From the NCBI GenBank assembly GCA_035716645.1, contig DASTJH010000052.1, positions 3,206-67,205 on the forward strand: a DNA stretch of 64,000 nt, given 5' to 3'. The notes beneath the pieces were generated by a model. The model was not told where the DNA came from. It did no database searches and was given only the letters and a program-made list of their open reading frames with translations. Positions 45,937 through 55,530 of the stretch are shown piece by piece (the first letter of the stretch is position 1; the number at the start of each line of letters is the position of its first letter). Origin of the DNA: Terriglobales bacterium (GTDB taxonomy: Bacteria; Acidobacteriota; Terriglobia; Terriglobales; Acidobacteriaceae). The position numbers and the translations under genes are program-made.

Positions 45937-47754
45937 TTGACCGATTTTCAGAACCCCAATCAAGACCCGGGATCCGAGCGCAGGCTCCTGCTTACCTTCG
46001 CGCTGGTCTTCGTCGTCATCTTCATCGCGCAACAGTACATATCGAAGTACTACAAGCCTCCGTCTCCGCCGGCGCAGAAGTCGCTGCAAAGCTCGCCGAA
46101 TCAGGAGTCGCCCGCCTCATCGACAACTCCGGCGGCCAACACCGCGGCTCCAGCCCAGGCGGAGAAGAAGGCCGCTCCGGCAAAGACAAAGGCTGCTACG
46201 AAGGCTACGGTTCCCATCGAGACGAGGCAGGCTAGCGCCGAGTCTGAGACCGTCATCGAGAACAGCGTTTATCGCATCGCGTTCACGAATCGCGGCGGGC
46301 TGGCGAAATCCTGGATTCTCAAGAAATACAAAAACGACAAACGTCAGCCGCTGGAACTGATCAACTCGATCGCCGCTCCGCAATTCGGGTATCCGCTGTC
46401 GCTGTACGCGTATGACGAAGGTTTGCGCAATCGGCTCAACCAATCGTTGTATGTGGCGACAGAAACCGGCTCCGGTACGGACAGAACGCTCACCTTCGAA
46501 TACTCGGACGGCGGGCTGGTCGTCAGCAAGAAGTTCCAATTTGGGAGCAACTACCAGATCCGCTGCGAGATTTCGGTGACCCAAAATGGAACGCCGGTGA
46601 GTGCCTATCCGGTGTGGACTGCAGGATTCGGCGACGAGACGGTCAGCTCGTCCTATGCGGGGGGCAAGATCGACATCAACCGCGAAGACAAAATCGACCG
46701 GACTTCTTATAAAAAGGTGAGCGGCGGCGCGACGATCAATGGTCCGTTCAACTGGGCAGGCACGTCCGATCAGTACTTCGCGGCAGTCTTTCTGCCTGAC
46801 AATCCGGACAAAACAGCGCTGGTCACCTTCCACAACGAGATTCGCATCCCCAAGAACCTCGACAAGCCGGATCCGAATGACATGGAGAAGGTTCCGGTGC
46901 TGGGCGCGGCCGTGGGCACGCCGAACGGCGTCACCAGCGAGCGCATTTTCGTCGGACCGAAGGCGCTCGATGTGGTCTCGGAGATCCATTCATACGCAGT
47001 TCCCGCAGTCGCCGGTGTCGCGCCGGATGGACCTTCGCTGGAAAAGCTGGTGGATTTCGGCTTCTTCTCGTTCTTCGCCAAATGGCTGTTCCTGTGGCTG
47101 CGCTGGACGTACGAACATTGGGTGCCGAACTACGGCTGGGCGATTCTGATTCTGACGGTGATCATTAACATTGCCATGCTGCCGCTGCGCATCTCGACGA
47201 TTAAGTCGGGCATGAAGATGCAGAAGATCCAGCCGCAGGTGAGTGCGATCAATGCCAAGTACAAGAAGTACAAGCTCACCGATCCGCGGCAGGCCGAGAA
47301 GAATCGCGAGATTCAGGACCTGTACAAAAAGGAGGGCGTGAACCCGCTAGGCGGATGTTTGCCCAACTTGATTCAGCTACCGTTTCTCTGGGCGTTTTAC
47401 ACGATGCTCGGCAGCGCGATCGAGCTCCGCCACGCATCGTGGGCCTGGATGCACGATCTTTCCTCGGCCGATCCCACGCACATCATCACGTATATGTTTG
47501 TGGCGTCGATGTTCGTGATGCAGCGCATCACGCCGACAGGCGGCATCGATCCGGCGCAGCAGAAGATGATGCAGTTCACGATGCCGGTCCTGCTCGGCGT
47601 CTTCGACTGGAACCTGTCTGCCGGACTGAGCCTCTATTGGGCGGCGAGCAACATTCTCGGGATCGTGCAACAGCTCGGCTTCAACAAAACGAAGTTTGGA
47701 CGAGAAATGCGCGAGCACATGCTGCTGCGCGCGGCGCAGAAGAAGAAAAGATGA
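45937..47754 (+). CDS. yidC: Membrane protein insertase YidC
   Basis: N-terminal TM helix, a large periplasmic domain, and the C-terminal 60-kDa insertase core (GWAILILTVIINIAMLPL...GCLPNLIQLPF). Confidence 0.9.
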   Translation: MTDFQNPNQDPGSERRLLLTFALVFVVIFIAQQYISKYYKPPSPPAQKSLQSSPNQESPASSTTPAANTAAPAQAEKKAAPAKTKAATKATVPIETRQASAESETVIENSVYRIAFTNRGGLAKSWILKKYKNDKRQPLELINSIAAPQFGYPLSLYAYDEGLRNRLNQSLYVATETGSGTDRTLTFEYSDGGLVVSKKFQFGSNYQIRCEISVTQNGTPVSAYPVWTAGFGDETVSSSYAGGKIDINREDKIDRTSYKKVSGGATINGPFNWAGTSDQYFAAVFLPDNPDKTALVTFHNEIRIPKNLDKPDPNDMEKVPVLGAAVGTPNGVTSERIFVGPKALDVVSEIHSYAVPAVAGVAPDGPSLEKLVDFGFFSFFAKWLFLWLRWTYEHWVPNYGWAILILTVIINIAMLPLRISTIKSGMKMQKIQPQVSAINAKYKKYKLTDPRQAEKNREIQDLYKKEGVNPLGGCLPNLIQLPFLWAFYTMLGSAIELRHASWAWMHDLSSADPTHIITYMFVASMFVMQRITPTGGIDPAQQKMMQFTMPVLLGVFDWNLSAGLSLYWAASNILGIVQQLGFNKTKFGREMREHMLLRAAQKKKR

Positions 47755-47758
47755 AGGA

Positions 47759-47864
47759 GATTTCGCGATTTGGCGATTTCGTGATTTCGCGATTTTGTTG
47801 TTTTCGGTTTTGCCGTCGGTGTTGAGCTTCGCCGCCTCGCAGCTTCGGGGCTTCGCAGCTTTTA
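47759..47864. repeat. GATTTCGCG words followed by AGCTTCGGGGC words
   Basis: GATTTCGCGATTTGGCGATTTCGTGATTTCGCGATTTT (47759-47796) and GAGCTTCGCCGCCTCGCAGCTTCGGGGCTTCGCAGCTTTTA (47824-47864). Confidence 0.75.
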
Positions 47865-47915
47865 CCGGATTGGGAACTTTTTTGGTAACTTTGTGGAGTG
47901 ACCATCTGCTGATCT

Positions 47916-48461
47916 ATGCCGATTGAAGACCGCATCGCCGCTGCCCGAAAAATTGACGAGATGCTTCGCGTCGTCCTTCACCACGGCGGATTTCGTTTGA
48001 AGTACCGCATCACGGCCAATCCGCCGGCGAATGATGTTCTCGGAGAGAAGCCCGAAATTGTCGTCGAATTTGCCGGACCTGACGGCGCCGCGCTGGTGGA
48101 ACGCAATGGTGAGCTGTTACGCGCGATGGAGCACGTCTCGCTAAAGATCCTGCGCCTCGAATCGGACGAGCACGATAAGGTCAGCTTCGACTGCATGAAC
48201 TTCAAAGCCGTACGAGCGCAGGAGCTGAAGCTCGCCGCCGAAGTCGCGGCCGAACGCGTGCGCAAGACCGGAACTCCGTATCAATTTGCTCCGATGTCCG
48301 CCCGCGAGAGGCGCATGGTGCACCTGGCGATGCGCGAGCACTCCGATCTGCGTACCGAAAGCTCCGGCGAGGCGGAACGGCGATTCGTTGTCGTTTATCC
48401 GCGCGACTACCAGGGCACAGTCGCAGCTCCGCCATCGCGAGAGCATCGTCGCCGCCGCTAA
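47916..48461 (+). CDS. jag: Jag/KhpB-like RNA-binding protein (KH and R3H domains)
   Basis: Conserved position after yidC. C-terminal R3H-like region ERRMVHLAMREHSDLRTESSGE. Confidence 0.75.
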   Translation: MPIEDRIAAARKIDEMLRVVLHHGGFRLKYRITANPPANDVLGEKPEIVVEFAGPDGAALVERNGELLRAMEHVSLKILRLESDEHDKVSFDCMNFKAVRAQELKLAAEVAAERVRKTGTPYQFAPMSARERRMVHLAMREHSDLRTESSGEAERRFVVVYPRDYQGTVAAPPSREHRRRR

Positions 48462-48535
48462 GAGCTTGGGATTTGACGAGGGCGGGAAATCGTTGTCACC
48501 GCCGGTCGCTGCTAAAATAAAAAGACCCGCCAAGT

Positions 48536-48611
48536 GGGGCTATAGCTCAGCTGGGAGAGCGCATCGTTCGCAACGATGAGGTCGTCGGTTCGATCCCGAC
48601 TAGCTCCACCA
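48536..48611 (+). tRNA. tRNA-Ala (anticodon CGC)
   Basis: GGGGCTATAGCTCAGCTGGGAGAGCGC...GGTTCGATCCCGACTAGCTCCACCA. G3:U70 pair. Anticodon loop TTCGCAA. Encoded CCA end. Confidence 0.9.
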
Positions 48612-48800
48612 AATTTCAACCACTTGCAAGTGCATTTCGGGAATCACGTTCCATTACGTTCCAATAAATCGCGGAGTGCTGGTGCAATTTGCCTCGTTTG
48701 TGTCCCCGGACGGGGGGGCGTCGCCGCACCCACACTTGCTCGCTTATCGTCACAATGTTCTCTGAGTTGCTAAGCTGTAGATCGGGAGACCAACACTGCG

Positions 48801-49565
48801 GTGAGGCACATATTCGTTGATGAAAGCGGATGCATTAGCTTTGGACCAGGCGGCACGGAGTACTTCGTTCTGGCGTTCGTCAGCACTGAAGACGGAACAC
48901 GCCTGAGCAAATGCATCAAGAATTTTAATGCGCACCTAATCCGAAATGGCTGGCCAAAGGATCTCGAAGTCAAAGCTAGCAATCTTTGGCATGCACCCAA
49001 CAGCGGCGCAGTGCCGGCAGACTATAAATACAAGAACAAACGCGAAGAGCCGGTGGAATACGTTTTGAAGGCGATTGCGGCCCTGGACGTTCAGATCGAG
49101 TACGCGGTGGTAAAGCTGGACACCATCAAGACTCACCTGCGGAAGCTGCCATACGGGATTCTCTACAACTTCTTTGCATGGCAGCTCCTAAAGCGCCCTC
49201 TGTGCTACTTTCCAAGAATCGATCTCTACATCGATCGCCGTAATCGCGAAAGCCATGAATACTTGAAGTTCGATGGTTACGTAGAAGGCATGGCCGCTGA
49301 AGGGCGTGCCAACAAGGGACGCGAGGCGCTGACACTCGCGACGTATCACTATCATTCCGACCTACCGAAGCAATGCAAACCCGAAGATCGGCCGAGAGCA
49401 GAATTTGGCGTGAGGGGTTTGGAAGCAGCTGATCTCGTCTGCTGGGCGATAAAGTGGAAGTACGAGAATGGCAATCAGCAGTGGTACTCGCTGATTCAAG
49501 GAAAGGTCACCTGCTCGCATCACCTGTATTTCGATGAGAAAGTGAATGCTGCGGGCAAAAAATAA
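48801..49565 (+). CDS. DUF3800-like protein
   Basis: N-terminus HIFVDESG and C-terminal GLEAADLVCWAI resemble the DUF3800 signature (DESG ... ADl.a). The gene is visibly lower in GC. Confidence 0.5.
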   Translation: MRHIFVDESGCISFGPGGTEYFVLAFVSTEDGTRLSKCIKNFNAHLIRNGWPKDLEVKASNLWHAPNSGAVPADYKYKNKREEPVEYVLKAIAALDVQIEYAVVKLDTIKTHLRKLPYGILYNFFAWQLLKRPLCYFPRIDLYIDRRNRESHEYLKFDGYVEGMAAEGRANKGREALTLATYHYHSDLPKQCKPEDRPRAEFGVRGLEAADLVCWAIKWKYENGNQQWYSLIQGKVTCSHHLYFDEKVNAAGKK

Positions 49566-50092
49566 GCAGTTAGCACCTGCGACCGACCGGGGGAAACCCG
49601 GCTTACGCTTACGCGCGGCACCCGCAGGACTTACGCTTAACTGCCATACATAGGATGCCTGAAAATGGCCCGATGTGCAAGCCATAAATGACCGGCATCA
49701 TCAACGGCTTGCAACCCCGAAGTTTAGCTTTTGGAATCAGGCAGTTACGCTACCCGCTTTACCGGAGTGTTTCGCACCAAAACAGTCCGGCAGGGGTCGC
49801 TCCCGGTCGGGAAGGAGTTGGCCTCCCGCCCGGGTCAGCAAGGAGTTGAGCAGGGTAAGGGGAAAATAGAAAACAATTGGCGACCCTCCTAGGAACGCTA
49901 CCACCTTCAGCCCCGCCCTAGCGCGTACTTTCGCGCTTCGCTCTCGGATGCCCCGGTGAGCGCCTCAACCGTCTGAGACACAAAACTTCCACATTTGCCG
50001 TTTGATCTACGCCCCTGATGGAGTAAGATTCTGGCGCTTTTTCCGTAGGGTCACAAGGACGAAGGGCAGCATTCGCAACTGCTGAGGATTTC

Positions 50093-50809
50093 ATGAAAAC
50101 TTGCGGCGTCCTTTATTCGTTAACACTTCTCGCTTCATTAGCGACGGCGCAAAGGTCACCCGTTGCAAAGAGCGAATCGGCGCAAGCACAACTGAGCGCG
50201 AATCAGACAGTTGTGACGAACCAAGACGTTATCGCAATGGTCAAAGCGGGACTATCCGGAGACATCGTGGCCGCCAAGGTGAAAGCCTCAAAGTGCCAAT
50301 GCGATACCTCTCCCGCTGCGCTCGAACGGCTCAAGACAGATGGGGTTCCGGATGCGGTTGTTCTCGCGATGGTCGAAGTGACAAAACCACCAGTGCCGGT
50401 TGGGATTACCGATATTCGCCAGGCGAAGACCGCATATTTAGTCAATCAGAGCACCGACCTAAAGCTGTACAACGACCTCGCGACGAAACTTGAGAAGTGG
50501 GGCCAATGGAAGCTTGTAGAACGGCCCGAAGACGCCGACATAATTCTGGTTTTGGCAGAATCCAATGTAGCGCTCGGTTCCATGAGCACAGCTTCAGTGA
50601 GCGGCACCGGGAATTATGCCAGTGGTACTGGATTCGCGGTTCCTCTCATGAGTTTTAAGCGTTTTTTGATCGTCCTCGATAGAGCATCCCATCGGCAATT
50701 GCTAGCAGTCGATCACCAGCGCACCATGACCGCTACATACACCGCGAGCGCTTTGGTGAACCGAATGAGAAAGCAAGTCGAGAAGCTTGATAAACGCAGT
50801 AGTCCGTAA
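50093..50809 (+). CDS. Secreted hypothetical protein
   Basis: Signal peptide. The segment VTNQDVIAMVKAGLSGDIVAAKVKASKCQCDTSPAALERLKTDGVPDAVVLAM recurs in uncharacterised exported proteins. Confidence 0.5.
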   Translation: MKTCGVLYSLTLLASLATAQRSPVAKSESAQAQLSANQTVVTNQDVIAMVKAGLSGDIVAAKVKASKCQCDTSPAALERLKTDGVPDAVVLAMVEVTKPPVPVGITDIRQAKTAYLVNQSTDLKLYNDLATKLEKWGQWKLVERPEDADIILVLAESNVALGSMSTASVSGTGNYASGTGFAVPLMSFKRFLIVLDRASHRQLLAVDHQRTMTATYTASALVNRMRKQVEKLDKRSSP

Positions 50810-50829
50810 GAAGCCTGGAGGGCGTCATT

Positions 50830-51279
50830 ATGCGATGCCGACGTTTCCTTTTGTTCCTTCCTGTTGCGATTTGCCTGATTAGCTGCACCCGAACGCAGCT
50901 GGGCAACACGATCTCGGCGGCTGCCATAGGAGCAGCAGCAAACTCGCAGGCTCCGCCAGCGCTGATGCTCTTCGGGGGAGAAGAGCACCACACGTATCTC
51001 GGCTGCTTAAATTGCAGTAAGTATTCCAGCGATTCAATCTTCAATGCGTACGGCCAACATGGGTCGGCATACAGCACCGACAGCGTCTGGAACTCATATT
51101 CCGATTTTGGTTCCCGCTATTCGGACCAGGGTGTGTGCAATCCATACGCATCAGATCCGCCAGCGATCGTAGACTCCGAAGGAAAATTCTATGGCCGGCT
51201 CACGCTAAACTTTTACCATCCAGAACTGGGCGTAGGCCAAAGCTACGTGCAATGGCTCCGCACTGTTGTGTGCAAATAG
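50830..51279 (+). CDS. Hypothetical lipoprotein
   Basis: Lipobox LISC. Cys/Tyr/Ser-rich domain (YLGCLNCSKYSSDSIFNAYG...CNPYASDPPAIVD). Confidence 0.5.
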   Translation: MRCRRFLLFLPVAICLISCTRTQLGNTISAAAIGAAANSQAPPALMLFGGEEHHTYLGCLNCSKYSSDSIFNAYGQHGSAYSTDSVWNSYSDFGSRYSDQGVCNPYASDPPAIVDSEGKFYGRLTLNFYHPELGVGQSYVQWLRTVVCK

Positions 51280-51363
51280 AGTCTCGCTCCTAATATTGGA
51301 GAGAGCGGCTATCGCTTGGCAGCGACATGTCGTCGTCGAGGTGCCAGTTCTCTTCGAGAACAC

Positions 51364-51492
51364 CTACGAGTTGGTTCCTCCCGGCGGCACGTCGGCAATG
51401 AGGGTAATCACGACAAACTGGAGTCCAATCAGCGCGCCCGCTGAGGAGCCGACGGTCACGTAGAAATTTTCCCAACCGGAAAACGGTGTCAT
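51364..51492 (-). pseudogene. Possible 5' remnant of a membrane-protein gene
   Basis: The 42-codon ORF MTPFSGWENFYVTVGSSAGALIGLQFVVITLIADVPPGGTNS looks like a real N-terminal TM helix that stops abruptly at the edge of the lower-GC patch. Confidence 0.25.
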
Positions 51493-51568
51493 CGCGTCAG
51501 GAGATTTACCCGCTGAAACCCATGAGTTCTTTCCTTTGTATGCTTTGGAGATCCCACGTTCACGCAGG

Positions 51569-53647
51569 TCAGCTCCGAAGAGCGCCGCCCAGCGATTCTA
51601 TCGCTTGGATTACCTGCTGTGACCAGGCGGATACTTCGTCATCGCGTAGCGTGCGTTCGACGGACTGGAAGGTCAGCCTTAGTAGTAGCGAATACTTGCC
51701 CTGCAGCACGGTGCCGCCGCGGAAGAGTTCTTGCGGCGAAATCGAGATTAGTTCTTGAATTTTGAGCGCCTCAATCGTGCGGCGTAGCTTTTCATAGGCG
51801 ACGCCATCGTCGAGTACGAGCGAGAAGTCACGCTCGATGACTGGGAACCGTGATAAGCGCTGGTACCGAGGGCTGCGCAACGGTGCGGCAAACAGACGGT
51901 CCAGGTCGAATTCGGCCAGCCAGATTTCCTGCTTGAGCTTGCGCTCGGCAGCGAACTTGGGATGCAGTTGTCCCAGCTCTGCTACGACGTGGCGATTCAG
52001 CAGAACCCTTGCCGAGCGGCCTGGATGAAAGTACGCTGATGCCGGCGCTTCGAATTTGATGGATTCACTGGCGAAGAGATTGAGCAACGATTCGGCGTCG
52101 CCTTTGAGATCGAAAAAAGTAACTGGCAGAGGAGCGCGGTCTGCTCCCGCAGGCCCGGTTCTTCCCGTCGCCGCAAAGCAGAGACGCCGGTGATGCGCGA
52201 CAGCATCCCCATTTTGGGAAAAGGCATTTCCCATTTCGAACAAGCGCACGTCGTTTGCGCCACGGTTGAAGTTCCACGCCAGCATGTTAAGCATTCCCGG
52301 TGCGAGCGAGTTGCGCAGGACCGGCGCTTCGTCGCTGAGGGGGTTCTCCAGTGGAACGGCTTCGGTACCCGTGAAATGGCGCGTGTCGTCAGCCGAACTA
52401 AATGTGCTGGAGACAGCCTCGTCATAACCAAGCGCGAGCATGCGTTGCCGCGTGAGGGTTTCGGCACGCGCGTGCGGCAGCTCAATAACGGCGCCGGAGA
52501 ATGTCGGCAGCGTATTTTCAAAATTGTTGAAGCCGTAGACGCGCGCGATCTCTTCGATCACATCAATCTCGCGCTCGACGTCCATGCGCCATGTCGGAAT
52601 CTCGACTGAGTAAGCCAGCGGCTTCTCGACGACCGCGACAACAGTGGTGCCCGACCCGGTCGAGGACGAACTTCGTTCCCAAGTCAGGGCAAAGCCAAGC
52701 CGGCGGAGGATCCGGGTGAGATCGTTGCTGGGAATCTCCTGCCCGAGAATGCGGATGACCTCAGCGCGATCGAGTTGGATTGGGAGCCGCGTGAGGTCTC
52801 GCGCAACCGCGTCGTGGCAGGCGCCAAGCTTGCCGCCGGCAGTTTCGAGGATCAGTTCGGCGACTCGGTCACAGGCGAGCGTCGTGGCACCCCAGTCGGC
52901 GCCGCGCTCGAAGCGATGCGAGGCGTCGGTGTGCATCCCGTGGCGGCGCGCGGTACGGCGCACAGTTGCTGGATCGAACCAGGCGGCTTCGATCAGCACG
53001 TTACGCGTAGCTTGCGTGATCATCGAATCAAATCCGCCCATCACGCCGGCGAGGCCAACGGGCTTGGTTGCGTCGGCGATGACAAGGTCTTCCGGATGAA
53101 GCTCTCGGGTAACGCCGTCCAGTGTCTTCAGTTTCTCGCCGGCACGCGCGCGGCGAACGATGATCTTGTCGCCTTCGAGCAAGTCGAGATCGAAGGCATG
53201 CGTCGGGTGGCCCATCTCCATGAGCACGTAATTGGTCGCATCGGCGACGTTGTTGATGCCGTGATGGTCCTCGATCATTAGCCGTTCGGCAATGTAGCGC
53301 GGCGACTTCACGATCCGAATCCCGGAGATCACGCGGGCGGTATAGCGCGCGCACAGCTCCGGCTCGAGGATCTCGATCGGGAACGGCTCTTCGCGGATGA
53401 ACGCCGGCAGTTTGGGCTTGATCGGCTGAAGGTCGAGATCATAGATAGCGGCGCACTCGCGCGCGATGCCGTAATGATTCATGGCATCGACGCGATTCGT
53501 CGTGATGTCCATCTCGAAGACCGTGCTCTCGCCAGTGCCGGTGATCCCCTCAACGGCGATGCCGCTATGGGTAAGATCTTCGGCCAGCCGCCGATCGTCG
53601 GCGGTTACATCGACAAACTCACGAAGCCATTGGGGAGAGATTCTCAT
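51569..53647 (-). CDS. pheT: Phenylalanine-tRNA ligase beta subunit (short form without the N-terminal OB tRNA-binding insert)
   Basis: MRISPQWLREFV start, B3/4 and B5 domains, C-terminal FDX-ACB-like domain. 692 aa. The sequence runs straight from ..IAVEG to ..FEMDITTNRVD. Confidence 0.9.
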   Translation of the reverse strand: MRISPQWLREFVDVTADDRRLAEDLTHSGIAVEGITGTGESTVFEMDITTNRVDAMNHYGIARECAAIYDLDLQPIKPKLPAFIREEPFPIEILEPELCARYTARVISGIRIVKSPRYIAERLMIEDHHGINNVADATNYVLMEMGHPTHAFDLDLLEGDKIIVRRARAGEKLKTLDGVTRELHPEDLVIADATKPVGLAGVMGGFDSMITQATRNVLIEAAWFDPATVRRTARRHGMHTDASHRFERGADWGATTLACDRVAELILETAGGKLGACHDAVARDLTRLPIQLDRAEVIRILGQEIPSNDLTRILRRLGFALTWERSSSSTGSGTTVVAVVEKPLAYSVEIPTWRMDVEREIDVIEEIARVYGFNNFENTLPTFSGAVIELPHARAETLTRQRMLALGYDEAVSSTFSSADDTRHFTGTEAVPLENPLSDEAPVLRNSLAPGMLNMLAWNFNRGANDVRLFEMGNAFSQNGDAVAHHRRLCFAATGRTGPAGADRAPLPVTFFDLKGDAESLLNLFASESIKFEAPASAYFHPGRSARVLLNRHVVAELGQLHPKFAAERKLKQEIWLAEFDLDRLFAAPLRSPRYQRLSRFPVIERDFSLVLDDGVAYEKLRRTIEALKIQELISISPQELFRGGTVLQGKYSLLLRLTFQSVERTLRDDEVSAWSQQVIQAIESLGGALRS

Positions 53648-53654
53648 GCTCTGA

Positions 53655-53730
53655 GCTGCGAGCTACCAGCCACCAGCTTCCAGCCAAGGCAAGGTGTTTT
53701 GCTGGCAGCTGGAAGCTGGTAGCCGGCAGC
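53655..53730. repeat. CCAGCTACCAGCTTCCAGCC-family hairpin between pheS and pheT
   Basis: GCTGCGAGCTACCAGCCACCAGCTTCCAGCC is inverted as GCTGGCAGCTGGAAGCTGGTAGCCGGCAGC. Confidence 0.8.
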
Positions 53731-53732
53731 TT

Positions 53733-54845
53733 TCATGCGAACTGCTCCAAAAATCTGACGTCACCCTGATAGAACAACTGAATGTCGTCGATGCCATACT
53801 TCAGCATCGCGATTCGCTCGACGCCCATGCCGAAGGCGAAGCCGCTGTACTTTTTCGGATCGACCCCGGCAAACTGAAACACGTTGGGATCGACCATGCC
53901 CGAGCCGAGCAGCTCGATCCATCCACTCGCCTTGCACAGCGAGCATCGGCCGCCATCGAGCTTGCCGGTTCCTCCGCACTTGAAGCAGGAAATCTGCACG
54001 TCTGCGCTGGGTTCCGTAAAGGGAAAAAACGACGGGTAAAAACGTGTCTTCACGCTTGATCCGAACAACGCTTTCATCGCATAGTCGAGCGTGCCCTTCA
54101 GATCGCAGAAAGTGATGTTCGTATCGACTGCCAGTCCTTCGACCTGGTGGAAGATCGGCGAGTGCGTCGCGTCGGCGGTGTCGGCGCGATGGACTTTGCC
54201 GGGAATTACAATGCGAATAGGCGGCGGCTGCTTCTCCATCACGCGTATCTGAACCGGCGAGGTGTGGGTTCGCATGAGTAACCGCTCGCGCGCAGGCTTG
54301 TTCTGTTGGCCCGCGATGACCAGCGTGTCTTGCGTGTCGCGCGCCGGATGATTCGGAGGAAAGTTCAGCGACTCGAAGTTGTAATAGTCAGTCTCGACTT
54401 CGGGACCTTCGGCGACGGAGTATCCCATGTCCTTGAAGACATCGACGATCTCGTTGAGCGTGCGAATGAGCGGATGCTCGGTGCCCAGCTTGCGTCGCGT
54501 GCCGGGCAGCGTGACGTCAACGTGTTCGCTTTCGTTCTGGGCCACGGCAGCGCTAGCTTCCACGCGAGCCTGCGCCGAGTCGATCTGCTCTTCGACGATC
54601 TTCTTCAGCTCGTTGACGCGCTGGCCGACGTCGCGCTTGGCCGGTCCAGGAGCGGCTTTCAGCCATTTGTCATTGAGCTGCGTGAGGATGCCGTTCTTGC
54701 GCGCCATCCAGCGATCGCGCAGCGCTTTCCACTCGCTCTCGCCCGAGATCGCGGCAGATTCGCTCTTCAGGACAGCGGTCAATTCGCGCGCTGCGGCGTC
54801 GAGCGCCGACGCGGAGAACTCGTCGAGCGTGGGAACGGTGTACAT
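53733..54845 (-). CDS. pheS: Phenylalanine-tRNA ligase alpha subunit
   Basis: Class II motifs (HPLIRT, FRPSFFPFTEPS-like YPSFFPFTEPSA, GFAFGMGVERIAMLKYGI). ATG 54860 in the ORF track lies inside the TGTCAT of a repeat arm, so I prefer ATG 54845. Confidence 0.9.
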   Translation of the reverse strand: MYTVPTLDEFSASALDAAARELTAVLKSESAAISGESEWKALRDRWMARKNGILTQLNDKWLKAAPGPAKRDVGQRVNELKKIVEEQIDSAQARVEASAAVAQNESEHVDVTLPGTRRKLGTEHPLIRTLNEIVDVFKDMGYSVAEGPEVETDYYNFESLNFPPNHPARDTQDTLVIAGQQNKPARERLLMRTHTSPVQIRVMEKQPPPIRIVIPGKVHRADTADATHSPIFHQVEGLAVDTNITFCDLKGTLDYAMKALFGSSVKTRFYPSFFPFTEPSADVQISCFKCGGTGKLDGGRCSLCKASGWIELLGSGMVDPNVFQFAGVDPKKYSGFAFGMGVERIAMLKYGIDDIQLFYQGDVRFLEQFA

Positions 54846-54854
54846 GGTCGCGCG

Positions 54855-54951
54855 TGTCATTCCGAAGAAAAGAGGAATCTCTACTCTAACGGAAAAATTT
54901 CCCGTGAGCGTAGGGATTCCTCGCGGCGAACTGCGTCCGCTTCGGAATGAC
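54855..54951. repeat. GTCATTCCGA-family paired-arm element between rplT and pheS
   Basis: TGTCATTCCGAAGAAAAGAGGAATCTCTAC is inverted as GTAGGGATTCCTCGCGGCGAACTGCGTCCGCTTCGGAATGAC. Confidence 0.8.
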
Positions 54952-54967
54952 GATGAGATTGGACTGC

Positions 54968-55333
54968 TTAAGCGGTCTTCGCCAGAGCCGTCTTCGCCTG
55001 TGCGGCGAGAGTGGCGAACGCCGGCGCGTCATTGGCGGCGAGCTCAGCGAGAACTTTGCGATCAAGTTCGACGCCGGACTTTTTCAGTCCGTGAATGAAC
55101 TGGCTGTAGCTCAGTCCGTTCAGGTTGGCGGCGGCATTGATGCGCACAATCCAAATGGACCTGTATTGACGCTTTTTCTGCTTGCGTCCGGAGTAGGCGA
55201 ATTTGAGCCCGCGCTCGACGCTCTCTTTCGCTGCTCGATAGAGCTTTGATTTAGTTAGAAAGTATCCACTTGCGCGCTCAAGAATCTTTTTCCGCTTAGC
55301 GCGCCGCTTGGTTCCGCGTTTTACGCGAGGCAT
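54968..55333 (-). CDS. rplT: 50S ribosomal protein L20
   Basis: [25 protein letters not shown]...[14 protein letters not shown]. Confidence 0.95.
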   Translation of the reverse strand: MPRVKRGTKRRAKRKKILERASGYFLTKSKLYRAAKESVERGLKFAYSGRKQKKRQYRSIWIVRINAAANLNGLSYSQFIHGLKKSGVELDRKVLAELAANDAPAFATLAAQAKTALAKTA

Positions 55334-55433
55334 GGGTGAGTCTCCTTTTTGGGAACTACGGTTATGCGGCTGGAGGTAGGATTTACCTCTTCACACGCAG
55401 GTCAAGAATTTCGCCAAGTGAGAAATTGCGTTT

Positions 55434-55502
55434 GAGCTGCCAGCTACCAGCTTCCAGCCACACCGCATTTTTGCTGGTGGCTGAAAGCTGATAGCTGGCA
55501 GC
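55434..55502. repeat. CCAGCTACCAGCTTCCAGCC-family hairpin between rpmI and rplT
   Basis: GAGCTGCCAGCTACCAGCTTCCAGCC is inverted as GCTGGTGGCTGAAAGCTGATAGCTGGCAGC. Confidence 0.8.
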
Positions 55503-55530
55503 TTTTGGTCAAAGCACTCAATTGCGAAAT

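Noticed and set aside
49566-50092. Possible RNase P RNA. GGAAACCCGGCTTACG, AACAGTCCGGCAGG and CAGGGTAAGGGGAAAA resemble conserved RNase P segments.
   Set aside because: The look-alike segments occur in the wrong order relative to bacterial type A RNase P RNA. The GAGGAAAGUCCGGGC core and the P4 partner are not both present. This is most likely coincidental similarity. I kept the region only as an unassigned structured stretch.
48612-51568. Possible intact integrative element or prophage at tRNA-Ala.
   Set aside because: I found no integrase, recombinase, phage structural gene or direct repeat of the tRNA 3' end. At most this is an old, degraded islet. It is reported as such under findings.
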